A stretch of DNA of 64,000 nt from Kiritimatiellia bacterium (GTDB lineage Bacteria > Verrucomicrobiota > Kiritimatiellia > JAAZAB01): assembly GCA_040767085.1 (NCBI GenBank), contig JAXGPF010000007.1, forward strand, positions 1 to 64,000, written 5' to 3'. The position numbers and the translations under genes are program-made. Shown here in pieces: positions 49,995-63,689 of this stretch. The notes beneath the pieces were generated by a model. The model worked only from the letters and a program-made list of their open reading frames with translations. It was not told where the DNA came from and searched no databases. The number at the start of each line of letters is the position of its first letter. The stretch's first letter is position 1.

Positions 49995-52964
49995 ATGAAA
50001 GACAAGAACATGCAACAAATTTCCAGTGAAGCCAAGACAAGTTCCCCCGGCGCCGCGGCGGCCCAGTCCACCAGACGTCCGGCGCCTTTTTTTCTGCGGG
50101 ACGACTGGATTGTATTCCTGATCACGTTCCTGGGCGCCGCGGGATTTTACGCTTACACCCAGGCGCCTACCGTAACCCTGGAAGATTCCGGCGAACTGGT
50201 GGTGGCGGCGGATTATCTGGGCGTCCCGCATCCTCCCGGCTATCCGCTCTGGACGATTATCGCCTGGATTTTCACCAGGATTTTCAGTTTCGTGAAATAC
50301 TACGGCCAACCCAATCCGGCCTGGGGTGTGAACTTCTGTTCGGGCGTTTTCGGCGCCCTGACTTGCGCCGCGGCGGCCATGCTGGTATCGCGCGTCGGCC
50401 GCAACTTCCCCGCGCCCGGCGCCGATCCGGCGGACGACCGCGAACCCGGCATGATCCAGCGTCTGATCGGGGCCGCCGCCGGCCTGGCGGCCGGCGGGTT
50501 GCTGGCGTTTAACAGCCTCTTCTGGTCCCAGTCGGTGATCGCCGAAGTTTACACCATCAACGCGTTCCTGCACATATTGGTGCTGCTTTTGGCCGGGATG
50601 TGGATTTACCGGTCCAAGGATAACCGCATTCTTTACTGGCTCTCGTTCATCTTCGGTTTGAGCATCACCAACTGCCAGCCGATCATTTTCCTGGGCCCCG
50701 CCATGCTGGTGGTTTTCTTCTGCACTGACCGGCCTCTTTTCCGGGACCTGATGGCGCTTGGCCTGTTTGCCATCGGCGGCTATCTGCTCTACACGGCCCA
50801 GCAGCCCGCGCCCGGCGGCGGCCCGGCCCCCGCGCACACGCTCAAGACCATCATTGCGATTTTGATGCTGGCCGCGCCGGGCGGTATCTGGCTGCTTTCC
50901 CGCAAACTGCTGACGGAGTGGCGCCGCATCATCATCATGGCGTTGTGTTTCGCGCTGGGGCTGTCGTTTTTCATTTACATGCCGATCGCCTCGGAATTCA
51001 ACCCACCCATGAACTGGGGCTATCCGCGCACGTGGGAAGGTTTTAAGCACGCCGTCTCCCGCGGGCAGTACCAGGCGCTCACCCCGGCGTTGAATTTGAA
51101 GGATTTTTCCCGCCAGTTTATCATGTACCTGCGCGAGTTGGAAATCCAGTTTACCTTCCTTATGGCGTTGGCCGGCATCCTCTGGGTTTTCATCCTGCGC
51201 CGCGTGCGCCATTGCGACCGGGTCTGGCTGGCCACCCTGACGGTCGCCTTCCTGGTGCTCAGCATCGGCATGATGGTCTTCCTCAACCCCGCGCACGATG
51301 TCCAGTCCATGTTCATTGCCCGGGTGCAGTTGGTGCAGGCGGCGGCGGTTTACACGATTTTTATCGGTTACGGACTGGTGACGGTTCTGCAGTCCTGCAC
51401 CGCCGCCCTGGCCGGCAGGCTGCGCCGGCCATTGCTCGCCCTCCTGCTGGCGCTGGCGGCGCTGTCGCCGCTGGCGCTGCTGCACAAAAATTATGCCGAC
51501 GAGGAACTCGTGCGCAACTACGGCGGCGCAGAACTCCGCGAACACGATTTCGGCTGGCAATTCGGCAATTACCAACTCCGCGGCGTTGAGGCGATTATCG
51601 AGGAGCTGGCCCAGGGCGAGGAGCCGCCCCCCAACCCCGCCTACCCGCCGCCGATGGGATCCAATGCCGTCTTTTACGGCGGCACCGACCCGGGGCGTTT
51701 CGTCCCGACCTACATGATCTATTCCGCCCTGGTGCGCCCGGACGTGTTTCTGATTACGCAAAACGCCCTGGCGGACAACACCTACATGAACGTCATGCGC
51801 GACCTCTACGGCGACCAGATCTGGATTCCCACGCCGCAGGATGTCAACGCGGCGTTTCAATCCTATGTCCAGGACGTGCAGGCGGGGCGGATTCCACCGA
51901 GCGCTTCGATCGTCATCGATCCCAGCGGCAAGGTCAGCGTGCAGGGCGTGCAGGGTGTCATGGAAATCAACGGCATCATCAGCAAGATGATTTTCGAGTA
52001 CAATAAATGGCGCCATGCCTTTTACGTTGAGGAAAGTTATGTCATCGCCTGGATGTATCCCTACATGGAGCCGCACGGCCTGATCCTGAAGATCAACAAC
52101 GAGCCCCTGCCCGGCCTGACTCCGGAAATGGTTAAAAACGACATGGATTTCTGGGATTGGTACACGCGGCGGCTGCTGGCCAGCGAAAAATTCCAGCGCG
52201 ATGTCACCGCCCGCAAATCGTTTTCCAAGCTGCGCTGCGCCATTGCCGGACTGTATGCCTGGCGGCGCATGTTCGACGAGGCGGAAATCGCGTTCCGCCA
52301 GGCGGTCGATCTCTGCCCGCTCAGCCCGGAGGCCAATTTCCGCATGGCGGACTTCTACCTGCAGCTCGGCCGGCACGGCGACGCGCTGCAATTGCTGGAA
52401 GCGAATTTGAAGCTCGATCCGCGCAACGATAAAATTTCCGGGTTCATGAATCAAATCCGCGAAATGGAGCAGATGCATCGCCGGGCCGTGGAACTGCAGA
52501 ACGAGATCAGCCAGGGAACCGCGACGCTGGACGGCGTGTTCGAACTGGCCGCCATTTTCATGCGCATCGGGCGCGAACCGCAGTTCCTCGATCTCGCCCG
52601 GCAGATCATGCAAAACACCAACCTGCCCCCGCAAGCTTACCTGAAACTGGCCGAACTGGCCTCGCCCAACGCCTCGCCGGCGCGCCTGGACCTGATGCGC
52701 ACCGCCCTCGACCAGTACCTCCAGCGCGAACCGGCGAATGCCGGCGCCTGGAAGGAACTGGCCTGCATCCAGCTGGCCATGGGACAGCGGGACCAGGCCT
52801 TGCAGACACTGCGCCGCGCCGTCAAGGTGGGCGGCAACCCGCTGCGCGAAGCCCTGCGCCAGGATCAACGGCTCGCTCCGCTGCACACCAACCCGAGCTT
52901 CCAGCAGTTGCTGCAACCCGCCGCCGAGCCGGGATTCCACCCGATTCCGGGGCTGGTTTTTTGA
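49995..52964 (+). CDS. DUF2723 / TMEM260-like GT-C membrane glycosyltransferase with C-terminal TPRs
   Basis: PTVTLEDSGEL...LGVPHPPGYPLW; AEVYT; NPPMNWGYP; multiple TM helices; TPR-like helices (AFRQAVDLCPLSPEA). Confidence 0.87.
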   Translation: MKDKNMQQISSEAKTSSPGAAAAQSTRRPAPFFLRDDWIVFLITFLGAAGFYAYTQAPTVTLEDSGELVVAADYLGVPHPPGYPLWTIIAWIFTRIFSFVKYYGQPNPAWGVNFCSGVFGALTCAAAAMLVSRVGRNFPAPGADPADDREPGMIQRLIGAAAGLAAGGLLAFNSLFWSQSVIAEVYTINAFLHILVLLLAGMWIYRSKDNRILYWLSFIFGLSITNCQPIIFLGPAMLVVFFCTDRPLFRDLMALGLFAIGGYLLYTAQQPAPGGGPAPAHTLKTIIAILMLAAPGGIWLLSRKLLTEWRRIIIMALCFALGLSFFIYMPIASEFNPPMNWGYPRTWEGFKHAVSRGQYQALTPALNLKDFSRQFIMYLRELEIQFTFLMALAGILWVFILRRVRHCDRVWLATLTVAFLVLSIGMMVFLNPAHDVQSMFIARVQLVQAAAVYTIFIGYGLVTVLQSCTAALAGRLRRPLLALLLALAALSPLALLHKNYADEELVRNYGGAELREHDFGWQFGNYQLRGVEAIIEELAQGEEPPPNPAYPPPMGSNAVFYGGTDPGRFVPTYMIYSALVRPDVFLITQNALADNTYMNVMRDLYGDQIWIPTPQDVNAAFQSYVQDVQAGRIPPSASIVIDPSGKVSVQGVQGVMEINGIISKMIFEYNKWRHAFYVEESYVIAWMYPYMEPHGLILKINNEPLPGLTPEMVKNDMDFWDWYTRRLLASEKFQRDVTARKSFSKLRCAIAGLYAWRRMFDEAEIAFRQAVDLCPLSPEANFRMADFYLQLGRHGDALQLLEANLKLDPRNDKISGFMNQIREMEQMHRRAVELQNEISQGTATLDGVFELAAIFMRIGREPQFLDLARQIMQNTNLPPQAYLKLAELASPNASPARLDLMRTALDQYLQREPANAGAWKELACIQLAMGQRDQALQTLRRAVKVGGNPLREALRQDQRLAPLHTNPSFQQLLQPAAEPGFHPIPGLVF

Positions 52965-53009
52965 CGCCCGCCTCCGCGCCGCGCGGTGGGCTGCGTCATG
53001 CTCAGAACA

Positions 53010-53120
53010 GACGGCTCGGTACGGAGACCTCGCCCTACCTGGGAAATCTGCTGGAGGTAGGGCGACGTCTCCGACGGAGCCGTCCGGCAAAGCCGGACTC
53101 GGAGAGCTCGCCCACCTGGG
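53010..53120. repeat. GTAG-type REP-like cluster
   Basis: CTCGCCCTACC...GGTAGGGCGACGTCTCCGACGGAGCCGTCC; related units at 59761-59910. Confidence 0.7.
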
Positions 53121-53316
53121 AAATCTGCTGAAGGACGAGACCCCGCTCAAAACGGGTAAACCTCCGGCTTATCCCGCCTGGCGTAAGAGCGAGCCGCCGA
53201 GAATGACGCAGCCGTGGCCCCGCGCGGCTGCCGATTTTTTCTGTTTCGATTTTCCGGCAATTGTGTTAGTTTTATCGGGCAGCGGGTTTTATTCATCGAG
53301 CAGGGAGAGACCGCAT

Positions 53317-54159
53317 ATGTGGGAATACACCGACAAGGTATTGGATCACTTCCGCAATCCCCGCAACGTGGGCGCCTTGGAAAATCCTGACGGCGTGGGC
53401 GAAGTCGGCTCCCTGGCTTGCGGCGACGCCTTGAAATTGACTTTCAAGCTGGACGCCCAGGGGCGCATTGCCGACGCCAAGTTCCAGACTTTCGGCTGCG
53501 CCAGCGCCATCGCCTCCTCTTCGGCCCTGACCGAAATGATCAAGGGGCTGACGCTGGAGGAAGCGGAAAAAATCAGCAACCAGGATATTGCGCGCTACCT
53601 GGGCGGGCTGCCGGAACAGAAGATGCACTGCTCCGTGATGGGCCGCGAAGCCCTGGCCCAGGCCATTGAAAACCATCGCACCGGCCGGCGGGAACGCAAG
53701 GAGTTGGGCGGGAAAGTGGTCTGCCACTGCTTCGGCGTGACCGAGGAAGAACTGGAGCGGGTCATCGCCGGCAACCATCTGACCACGGTGGAACAGGTCA
53801 CCAACTATTGCAAAGCCGGCGGCGCCTGCGGCAATTGCCGCGGCGATATCGCCGCCATCATCGCCCGGTTGACCAGCGGGGTCCCGGCCGACGGCGCGCC
53901 GCCGGAGCCGGAACGCAAGCTGACTATGATCCAGAAAATCAAGCTGATCGAAGAAGTCATGGAAAAGGAAATTCGCCCGATTCTGCGGAAGGACGGCGGC
54001 GACATCGAGTTGGTGGATGTGGTGGATAACCGCGTGCTGGTGGCCCTGCGCGGCATGTGCGCCAACTGCCAGGTGGCGCGCTTTACCCTGCAGGACGTGG
54101 TGGCGGCGAAGCTGCGCGAATTTGTCGCCGATAACCTGACGGTGGAGGAAGTCAAGTGA
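53317..54159 (+). CDS. nifU: Fe-S cluster scaffold NifU (IscU + BFD-like 2Fe-2S + Nfu domains)
   Basis: MWEYTDKVLDHF; CGD, FGCASA, KMHC; CHCF...CGNC; DGGDIELVD...CANC. Confidence 0.95.
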   Translation: MWEYTDKVLDHFRNPRNVGALENPDGVGEVGSLACGDALKLTFKLDAQGRIADAKFQTFGCASAIASSSALTEMIKGLTLEEAEKISNQDIARYLGGLPEQKMHCSVMGREALAQAIENHRTGRRERKELGGKVVCHCFGVTEEELERVIAGNHLTTVEQVTNYCKAGGACGNCRGDIAAIIARLTSGVPADGAPPEPERKLTMIQKIKLIEEVMEKEIRPILRKDGGDIELVDVVDNRVLVALRGMCANCQVARFTLQDVVAAKLREFVADNLTVEEVK

Positions 54160-55319
54160 GCAAACTGGTTTACCTTGACAACAACGCCACCACCCGCCCG
54201 GCGCCGGAAGTGCTCGCGGCCATGGCGCCGTTTTTCAGCAAATACTGGGGCAATCCTTCCAGCATGCACCGCTTCGGCGGCCAGGTGCAGCAATATATCC
54301 GCCGCGCCCGGGAGCAGGTGGCCTCGCTGCTGGGCGCCGATCCTTCGGAAATCATTTTCACCAGTTGCGGCACCGAAAGCAACAACACCGCCATTCGCGG
54401 CGTTGCGGAGGCCGCGCCGGAACGCACGGCGATCATCACCACGCGCGTAGAACACCCCGCCGTGCTCGAACCCTGCCGCCGCCTGAAGGAACAGGGCTGG
54501 CAATTGACGGAACTGGAGGTGGATGGACGGGGCCAACTCAACCTGGATGACCTGCAAGCCGCCCTGCGCGGCAGCCGGCCCATGGTGAGCATGATGTGGG
54601 CCAACAATGAAACCGGGGTTATTTTCCCCGTGCCGGCGGCGGCGGAAATGGTCAAATTGGCCGGGGGGATCATCCACACCGACGCCGTCCAGGCAGCCGG
54701 CAAGGTGCCGATTGACGTGCGGCGCGTGCCGGTGGACCTGCTGACGATTTCCGGGCATAAGCTGCACGCGCCCAAGGGCGTCGGCGCGCTGTACGTCCGG
54801 CGCGGCACGCGCCTGCGCCCGCTGCTGCTGGGCGGCCACCAGGAAAACGGCCGGCGCGGCGGTACGGAAAACGTCCCCTACATTATCGCCCTCGGCGAAG
54901 CTTGCGCGCTGGCGGAACGCCGCCTGGCGGAAGGCACGTCCCGCCTCGCGGCCATGCGCGACCGCCTGCAGGCCGGCATCCTGGCCAGCTGCCCCAATGC
55001 CCAGGTCAACGGCGATGGAACGCTCCGGCTGCCGAACACCCTGAATGTCAGTTTCCATTACGTCGAGGGGGAAGCCATCCTTTATCACTTGAGCGATTTG
55101 GGCGTCGCCGCCTCGTCCGGTTCGGCCTGCGCTTCCGGCTCGCTGGAGCCCTCGCACGTGATCCGCGCCATGGGCGTACCCTTTACGGCCGTCCACGGCA
55201 GCATCCGTTTCAGCCTGAGCCACGACAACACCGACGCTGACATTGATTACGTCCTGGAAAACCTGCCGGGCATCATCCGTAAACTGCGGGCGATTTCGCC
55301 GTTTGCCCGCCCAAACTGA
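54156..55319 (+). CDS. nifS: Cysteine desulfurase NifS
   Basis: YLDNNATT, SGHKLHAPKG, SSGSACAS; GTGA overlap with nifU. Confidence 0.95.
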   Translation: MSKLVYLDNNATTRPAPEVLAAMAPFFSKYWGNPSSMHRFGGQVQQYIRRAREQVASLLGADPSEIIFTSCGTESNNTAIRGVAEAAPERTAIITTRVEHPAVLEPCRRLKEQGWQLTELEVDGRGQLNLDDLQAALRGSRPMVSMMWANNETGVIFPVPAAAEMVKLAGGIIHTDAVQAAGKVPIDVRRVPVDLLTISGHKLHAPKGVGALYVRRGTRLRPLLLGGHQENGRRGGTENVPYIIALGEACALAERRLAEGTSRLAAMRDRLQAGILASCPNAQVNGDGTLRLPNTLNVSFHYVEGEAILYHLSDLGVAASSGSACASGSLEPSHVIRAMGVPFTAVHGSIRFSLSHDNTDADIDYVLENLPGIIRKLRAISPFARPN

Positions 55320-55332
55320 ACCGCCAAAACAG

Positions 55333-56064
55333 ATGAATGCAACCCTTGCCGGATTGTTTATGGTTAACCTGCCGCTGGCGGATGTGCTATCCGCGTTCCG
55401 CATTTCCAACTTCGCCGGCCAGGTGATTGTGTTGATTTTGTTTGTCGGTTCGATTTTTGCCTGGTCGGTCATGGCCACGAAATTCATGGAAATGCGCAGG
55501 CTGGCGCGCGGCGCCCGGCAATTCGCAGCGCTGTATCAAAAAAGCCGGCATCCGCTGGAACTGTTCATCCAGGAAACGGCGGTCGAGGCAAGTCCGTTAA
55601 GTGCGCTTTACGAAGCGGTCAGCCGCGACCTGGCGCACGCCATGCAGGCGCAAACCGCCGATGCTTTGATGCGGCCGGCTGCGCCCCTGCAGGAATACCA
55701 GGCCCGCGCCTTGCGCAATCTGGCCGAGCAAATCATGGCCGAACAGGCGCTGCTATTGGAGCGCAACATGATCTTTCTGGCCACCGCCGTCACCGCCGCG
55801 CCGTTCCTGGGATTGTTGGGCACGGTCTGGGGCATCATGGATGCCTTTGGCGGATTGGCGCTCTCTGGCATGGCGACCATGGCGTCCGTGGCGCCCGGGG
55901 TTTCCGGCGCGCTGCTGACCACGGTAGTCGGGCTGGTGGTAGCCCTGCCATCCGCCATCGGCTACAACATTCTGACCGGCAAAATCCGGCATTTAAACAT
56001 TCGCATGGAGCATTTCACCCAGGAATTTCTGGCGGACATTGAACAGCAATTCATGGCGCATTGA
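55333..56064 (+). CDS. MotA/TolQ/ExbB proton channel protein
   Basis: APFLGLLGTVWGIM; VAPGVSGALLTTVVGLVVALPS. Confidence 0.9.
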   Translation: MNATLAGLFMVNLPLADVLSAFRISNFAGQVIVLILFVGSIFAWSVMATKFMEMRRLARGARQFAALYQKSRHPLELFIQETAVEASPLSALYEAVSRDLAHAMQAQTADALMRPAAPLQEYQARALRNLAEQIMAEQALLLERNMIFLATAVTAAPFLGLLGTVWGIMDAFGGLALSGMATMASVAPGVSGALLTTVVGLVVALPSAIGYNILTGKIRHLNIRMEHFTQEFLADIEQQFMAH

Positions 56065-56109
56065 CGCCGGCCGCGCCGGCTCAAAAACGCAGAACGCAGG
56101 AAATTCTAA

Positions 56110-56517
56110 ATGATGCGGCGCAGAAACACGGCTTTTTCCGTCAAGGAACTCAGCGAAATCAGCAATACCCCGCTGATCGATATTTCCATGCTGCTGCTGG
56201 TCACCTTCCTGATCACTTATCCGCTGCTGGAAAACGGCATTAACGTCAACCTGCCCAAGGGCAAAGCGGACGAGTTGCAGCCGAAACAGTCCCGCAATAT
56301 CACGCTCAAGCTCAGCGGCGAGATTTTTCTGGATGGCCAGCCAGTCTCGTCCGCGGAGCTGCGGCAGGCAATGGAAGCCCTGCCCCGCGCCATGCCGGAC
56401 GCGGCCGTGCTGGTGCGCGCTGACAAGGATTTGAAATACGAGCGGGTGATGGAAATCATGCGCATTCTCCATGCCGCTAACGTAACCAAAATGGCGCTCG
56501 TCACCCAGGCGGAGTAA
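56110..56517 (+). CDS. ExbD/TolR family protein
   Basis: TPLIDISMLLLVTFLI; VNLP; VRADKDLKYERVM. Confidence 0.9.
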   Translation: MMRRRNTAFSVKELSEISNTPLIDISMLLLVTFLITYPLLENGINVNLPKGKADELQPKQSRNITLKLSGEIFLDGQPVSSAELRQAMEALPRAMPDAAVLVRADKDLKYERVMEIMRILHAANVTKMALVTQAE

Positions 56518-56554
56518 TTCCGCCCCGGATGAACGCCAGGCTGGCGGAATTACC

Positions 56555-57286
56555 ATGCGCGAATTTCTGAAACACAACCTGTTCTGGCGGAACACCCTGC
56601 GCAGCGCCGCGGTGCATGGCGCCATTGTCCTGGCCCTGCTGATCTGGTCGGTGGCATCCTGCGTCAAGCGCCGTCAGCCACGTGAAATTACCACTTTCGT
56701 GGACCTGCAAGTGGAACCGGCGGCGGCTCTGCCGGCCCAACCCGAACCCGAATCAGAACCGGAACCCGAACCGGCGCCGGCGGCCATCCCCGAGCCGGAA
56801 CCGGTCAAACCCAAACCAGCACCCAAACCAGCACCCAAGCCGGAACCCAAGCCAAAACCTAAACCGGAATCGAAGGTGGCTGTGAGCCGCAAACTGGTCC
56901 GGCGCGACCCGGCCGCGCGGCAGGCGCCCAAGCTGACGCCGGAGCAAATCCGCAATCTGCTCGCGGCTGGCGTCAAGCCTGCCGCGGCCGCCAGCGGCGA
57001 TCCGGGATTCGGGTGGTACCTGGCGCTGGTACGGAATGCGATGTACGATGCATGGAACCAGCCCAGCACGCTGGCCGGACGCCGGGGTTTGACCACCCAG
57101 ATTACGCTCAGGGTCCAGCGCAGCGGGATTATTTCCGAGCGGCAACTTACCCGCCCGTCCGGCAACGCCCTGATGGACCAATCCGCGATGCAAGCGGCGG
57201 AATCCGTAATCCGGCTGCCGGAACTGCCCCCGGGATTCGGCGGGGACTACAAGGACATCACGGTGGATTTCGAATTGACCGAATAA
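56555..57286 (+). CDS. TonB/TolA-like energy transducer
   Basis: TM segment with SxxxH (SAAVH); EP/KP-rich linker; C-domain W..P...SGNALMDQSAMQA. Confidence 0.85.
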   Translation: MREFLKHNLFWRNTLRSAAVHGAIVLALLIWSVASCVKRRQPREITTFVDLQVEPAAALPAQPEPESEPEPEPAPAAIPEPEPVKPKPAPKPAPKPEPKPKPKPESKVAVSRKLVRRDPAARQAPKLTPEQIRNLLAAGVKPAAAASGDPGFGWYLALVRNAMYDAWNQPSTLAGRRGLTTQITLRVQRSGIISERQLTRPSGNALMDQSAMQAAESVIRLPELPPGFGGDYKDITVDFELTE

Positions 57287-57302
57287 AGCCGCCGCCCGGT
57301 AT

Positions 57303-58277
57303 TTAACCGGCTGGCGCCGGCCAGAGGAATTCCCCGCGGTCCAGCCACGCCAGGACCTGCTGTACGCTCTGTTCGGACTTGCGGACCACCGCCTCGGCGG
57401 TATTGAAAGCGTTGTGCGGCGTCAGGATGACATTGTCCATGCCTGCCAGGCGCAGCACGGCCCGCGCGTCCGGGTCGTCCGCCGGCCGGCCGGCGCGCAG
57501 GGCGTCCGCCAAGGCGCTTTCGCCCTGGTAAACGTCCAGGCCGACGCCTCCCAGGCGGCCTTGCTCCAGCAATTCCAGCAGACCGGCGGGCGGCGATAAT
57601 TCGCCGCGCGAGACATTGATGAAAATCGCCCCCGGCCTGGCGGCGCGCAGACGCGGTACATCAAAGTAACCGCGATTCCGTTCCGTCAGGTTCATGGCGC
57701 AGACGATGACATCGGCTCCGCCGATCAGTTCATCCACCGCGCCGTATTGGACGTCGTTATGTTTCCGCACAAGATCCACCCCGGCGGTCCGCATGCCCAA
57801 CCCGCATCCGATTTTTACCGTTTCGTAACCGATATTGCCCACGCCGACCACCAGCAGCGTGCGCCCCTGCAGTTCGCCGCCGGTCAACCCGTCGCGCTGG
57901 AACGACCGGAACTGGCGCATTTGAACCGGCAACTTGCGCAATAAGGCCAGCCACATCAGAAGCGCCTGCTCGGCCACGGCGCGATGGCAATACAGCGGCA
58001 GATAACCGCAGGGCAGGTTTCGGCCGACCAGCCGCCGGTAAGCGTTCAAGTGATCGTAACCCGTGCTGCGCGACAGGACCGCCTGGAGGCGGCCAGCCCA
58101 TGCCGGCGGCAGCGCCGACTGGGTGCGGATGCTGATCAGCGCGGCGCCGGGCGCGTCCTGACCGTATTCCTGGATGGTCTGCCGCGTGAACCCGGTGCGC
58201 ACGCGTGCAGGCAGGCAGGCGCGCAGCGCCTGTTCCTCCTCGGCAAACGCCTCGTAAAAAAATACATCCAGCGCCAT
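57303..58277 (-). CDS. D-isomer-specific 2-hydroxyacid dehydrogenase
   Basis: RSTGYDH, GVGNIG, INVSRG, LDVY..E, TPHNAF. Confidence 0.9.
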   Translation of the reverse strand: MALDVFFYEAFAEEEQALRACLPARVRTGFTRQTIQEYGQDAPGAALISIRTQSALPPAWAGRLQAVLSRSTGYDHLNAYRRLVGRNLPCGYLPLYCHRAVAEQALLMWLALLRKLPVQMRQFRSFQRDGLTGGELQGRTLLVVGVGNIGYETVKIGCGLGMRTAGVDLVRKHNDVQYGAVDELIGGADVIVCAMNLTERNRGYFDVPRLRAARPGAIFINVSRGELSPPAGLLELLEQGRLGGVGLDVYQGESALADALRAGRPADDPDARAVLRLAGMDNVILTPHNAFNTAEAVVRKSEQSVQQVLAWLDRGEFLWPAPAG

Positions 58278-58280
58278 GGC

Positions 58281-59471
58281 TCAGGATGCCAGCAAACGCG
58301 CCGTCTCCCGGACGATCATCAATTCTTCGTTGGTGGGCACCACCAGCACCGCGGGCGATGCGCCATCCCTGGAAATCAGCAGTTCGCCGGCCTTGTTGCG
58401 GGCGGCATCCACCTGGATGCCCAGGAAGCCCAGTTTTTCGCAGACCAGCGCGCGCACACGCGGCACGTTCTCGCCGATGCCGGCGGTGAAGATCAGCGCA
58501 TCGAAACCGTTCAACACCGCCGCGTAAGCGCCGACGTATTTCACCAGGCGGTGGACAAACACTTCCAAAGCCAGCCGCGCGCCGGCATGACCGCCGTCAA
58601 TCGCTTTCATGATATCGCGCATGTCGTTGCTGCCGATGCCGGCGATGCCCAGCAGGCCGCTTTCCTTGTTGAGCATCTTGTCGACATCGTCCAAACCGTA
58701 ACCGGTGCGGCGCAGCACCAGCACCACGGCGGGATCGATGTCGCCGCAGCGCGTGCCCATCACCAGCCCCTCCAGCGGCGTCATGCCCATGCTGGTATCC
58801 GCGACTTTGCCGCGGTTGACGGCGGCGATGCTGCAGCCGTTGCCGAGGTGCGCCGTGATCAGTTTCAGTTCCGCCAGGGGCCGGCCCAGCGCTTCCGCCG
58901 CGCGCCCCGCCACGTATTGATGGGAGGTGCCATGGAACCCGTAACGCCGGATCTTGTTTTTCGCGGCGATCTCCGCGGGGATGGCGTAGGTATAAGCGGC
59001 GGCCGGCATGGTCTGATGGAAAGCCGTGTCGAAAACCGCCACCATGGGCACGTTGGGAAACAGATTTTCGCAGGCTTCGATGCCCTCGTAATTCGGGGGA
59101 TTATGCAGGGGCGCCAGGGCGAAGCAATCCATGATGATCTGCTTGATGTTGGGGGTAATGCGGGCGGACGCGGTAATGTCGGCGCCGCCATGCACCACGC
59201 GATGGCCGATGCCTTCGATTTCGCAAAGATTGGCGATCACGCCGTAGGTCTTTTCCACCAGCGCCAGGCAGGCTTCCGAGATGGCGGCCTCGTAGGAATT
59301 GGCGGTGATGTCTTTTTCGATTTTCTGACCCCGGTAATTACAGTAGCGCATGTTGGTGTTCGGAGCATTAATGCGCTCGATCAAGCCTTTCGCCAGCATT
59401 TTTTCGCCGTCGGATTCATACAGCGTAAATTTTATCGAAGAACTTCCCGCGTTAAGCACCAAGATTTTCAT
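58281..59471 (-). CDS. ackA: Acetate kinase
   Basis: LVLNAGSSSIK, GHRVVHGG, YGFHGTSH, HLGNG, TAGIGEN, PTNEE. Confidence 0.97.
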   Translation of the reverse strand: MKILVLNAGSSSIKFTLYESDGEKMLAKGLIERINAPNTNMRYCNYRGQKIEKDITANSYEAAISEACLALVEKTYGVIANLCEIEGIGHRVVHGGADITASARITPNIKQIIMDCFALAPLHNPPNYEGIEACENLFPNVPMVAVFDTAFHQTMPAAAYTYAIPAEIAAKNKIRRYGFHGTSHQYVAGRAAEALGRPLAELKLITAHLGNGCSIAAVNRGKVADTSMGMTPLEGLVMGTRCGDIDPAVVLVLRRTGYGLDDVDKMLNKESGLLGIAGIGSNDMRDIMKAIDGGHAGARLALEVFVHRLVKYVGAYAAVLNGFDALIFTAGIGENVPRVRALVCEKLGFLGIQVDAARNKAGELLISRDGASPAVLVVPTNEELMIVRETARLLAS

Positions 59472-59575
59472 AAGCCTTTCCGTTCCGGTTGGAATGCAAA
59501 CAAACGTGTTTGCAACTTATATCATGCGGCCCGCGGCCAGACAACGAAAAACGGCGCCGCCGCACAACCTGAAAA

Positions 59576-59660
59576 TGGTGGGCGAGGCGGGACTTGAACC
59601 CGCAAGCCTTGCGGCACAAGATCCTAAGTCTTGCGTGTATGCCAATTTCACCACTCGCCC
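59576..59660 (-). tRNA. tRNA-Leu (anticodon TAG)
   Basis: GGGCGAG acceptor stem, CAAGA-CTTAGGA-TCTTG anticodon arm, long variable arm, GGTTCAAGTCC T-arm, encoded CCA. Confidence 0.96.
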
Positions 59661-59760
59661 GATTGCCGGCTACTCTAGCGGCTGACGCCCCGGCGGGCAA
59701 GCGTTTTAGCCTTTTCCGGCAAAATCTAAACCAAGCAATTGTTTGGGCGAAAATGAGACT

Positions 59761-59910
59761 GGGTGGGGCGAGCTCTCCGAGCGAGCCGCTCCGGACGTCT
59801 CCGCCGGATCATGCCATGGGCATGACAAGGGCGTTTATCCCGCTCCTGGCGGGATCGCCCTACCCGCTGCGCCGAAATCGGACGGCTCCGCCGGAGGCGT
59901 CGCCCTACCC
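59761..59910. repeat. GTAG/GTGG-type REP-like cluster
   Basis: GGTGGGGCGAGCTCTCCGAGCGAGCC; TCGCCCTACCCGCTGCGCCG occurs twice. Confidence 0.65.
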
Positions 59911-60064
59911 GCTGCGCCGCGCGGCGCTACTTTTTGCTTGTATTTCCGCCCGCCATTGGTACATTGGATGAGCGTGTCACGTTGACGCTTGCCGCTGTCG
60001 CCAGCGTCCGTAACAAGCCTTGCACATGCCTTTAACATAAATCAACCAGGGAGATATTCCAGCC

Positions 60065-63667
<3,603 letters not shown>

Positions 63668-63689
63668 CCACGGCATCAACATAAAAATC

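Noticed and set aside
49974-53150. 1058-aa minus-strand ORF, and similar long antisense ORFs opposite leuS, ackA, nifS and nifJ
   Set aside because: Shadow ORFs expected from high-GC codon bias opposite well-supported genes.
52738-53316. Long N-terminal extension of NifU
   Set aside because: Overlaps the upstream gene and a REP cluster; the canonical MWEYTDKV start has its own RBS.
59576-59660. tRNA as an integration site or amber suppressor
   Set aside because: No integrase or duplicated 3' end nearby; anticodon TAG reads CUA (Leu), whereas an amber suppressor needs anticodon CUA.
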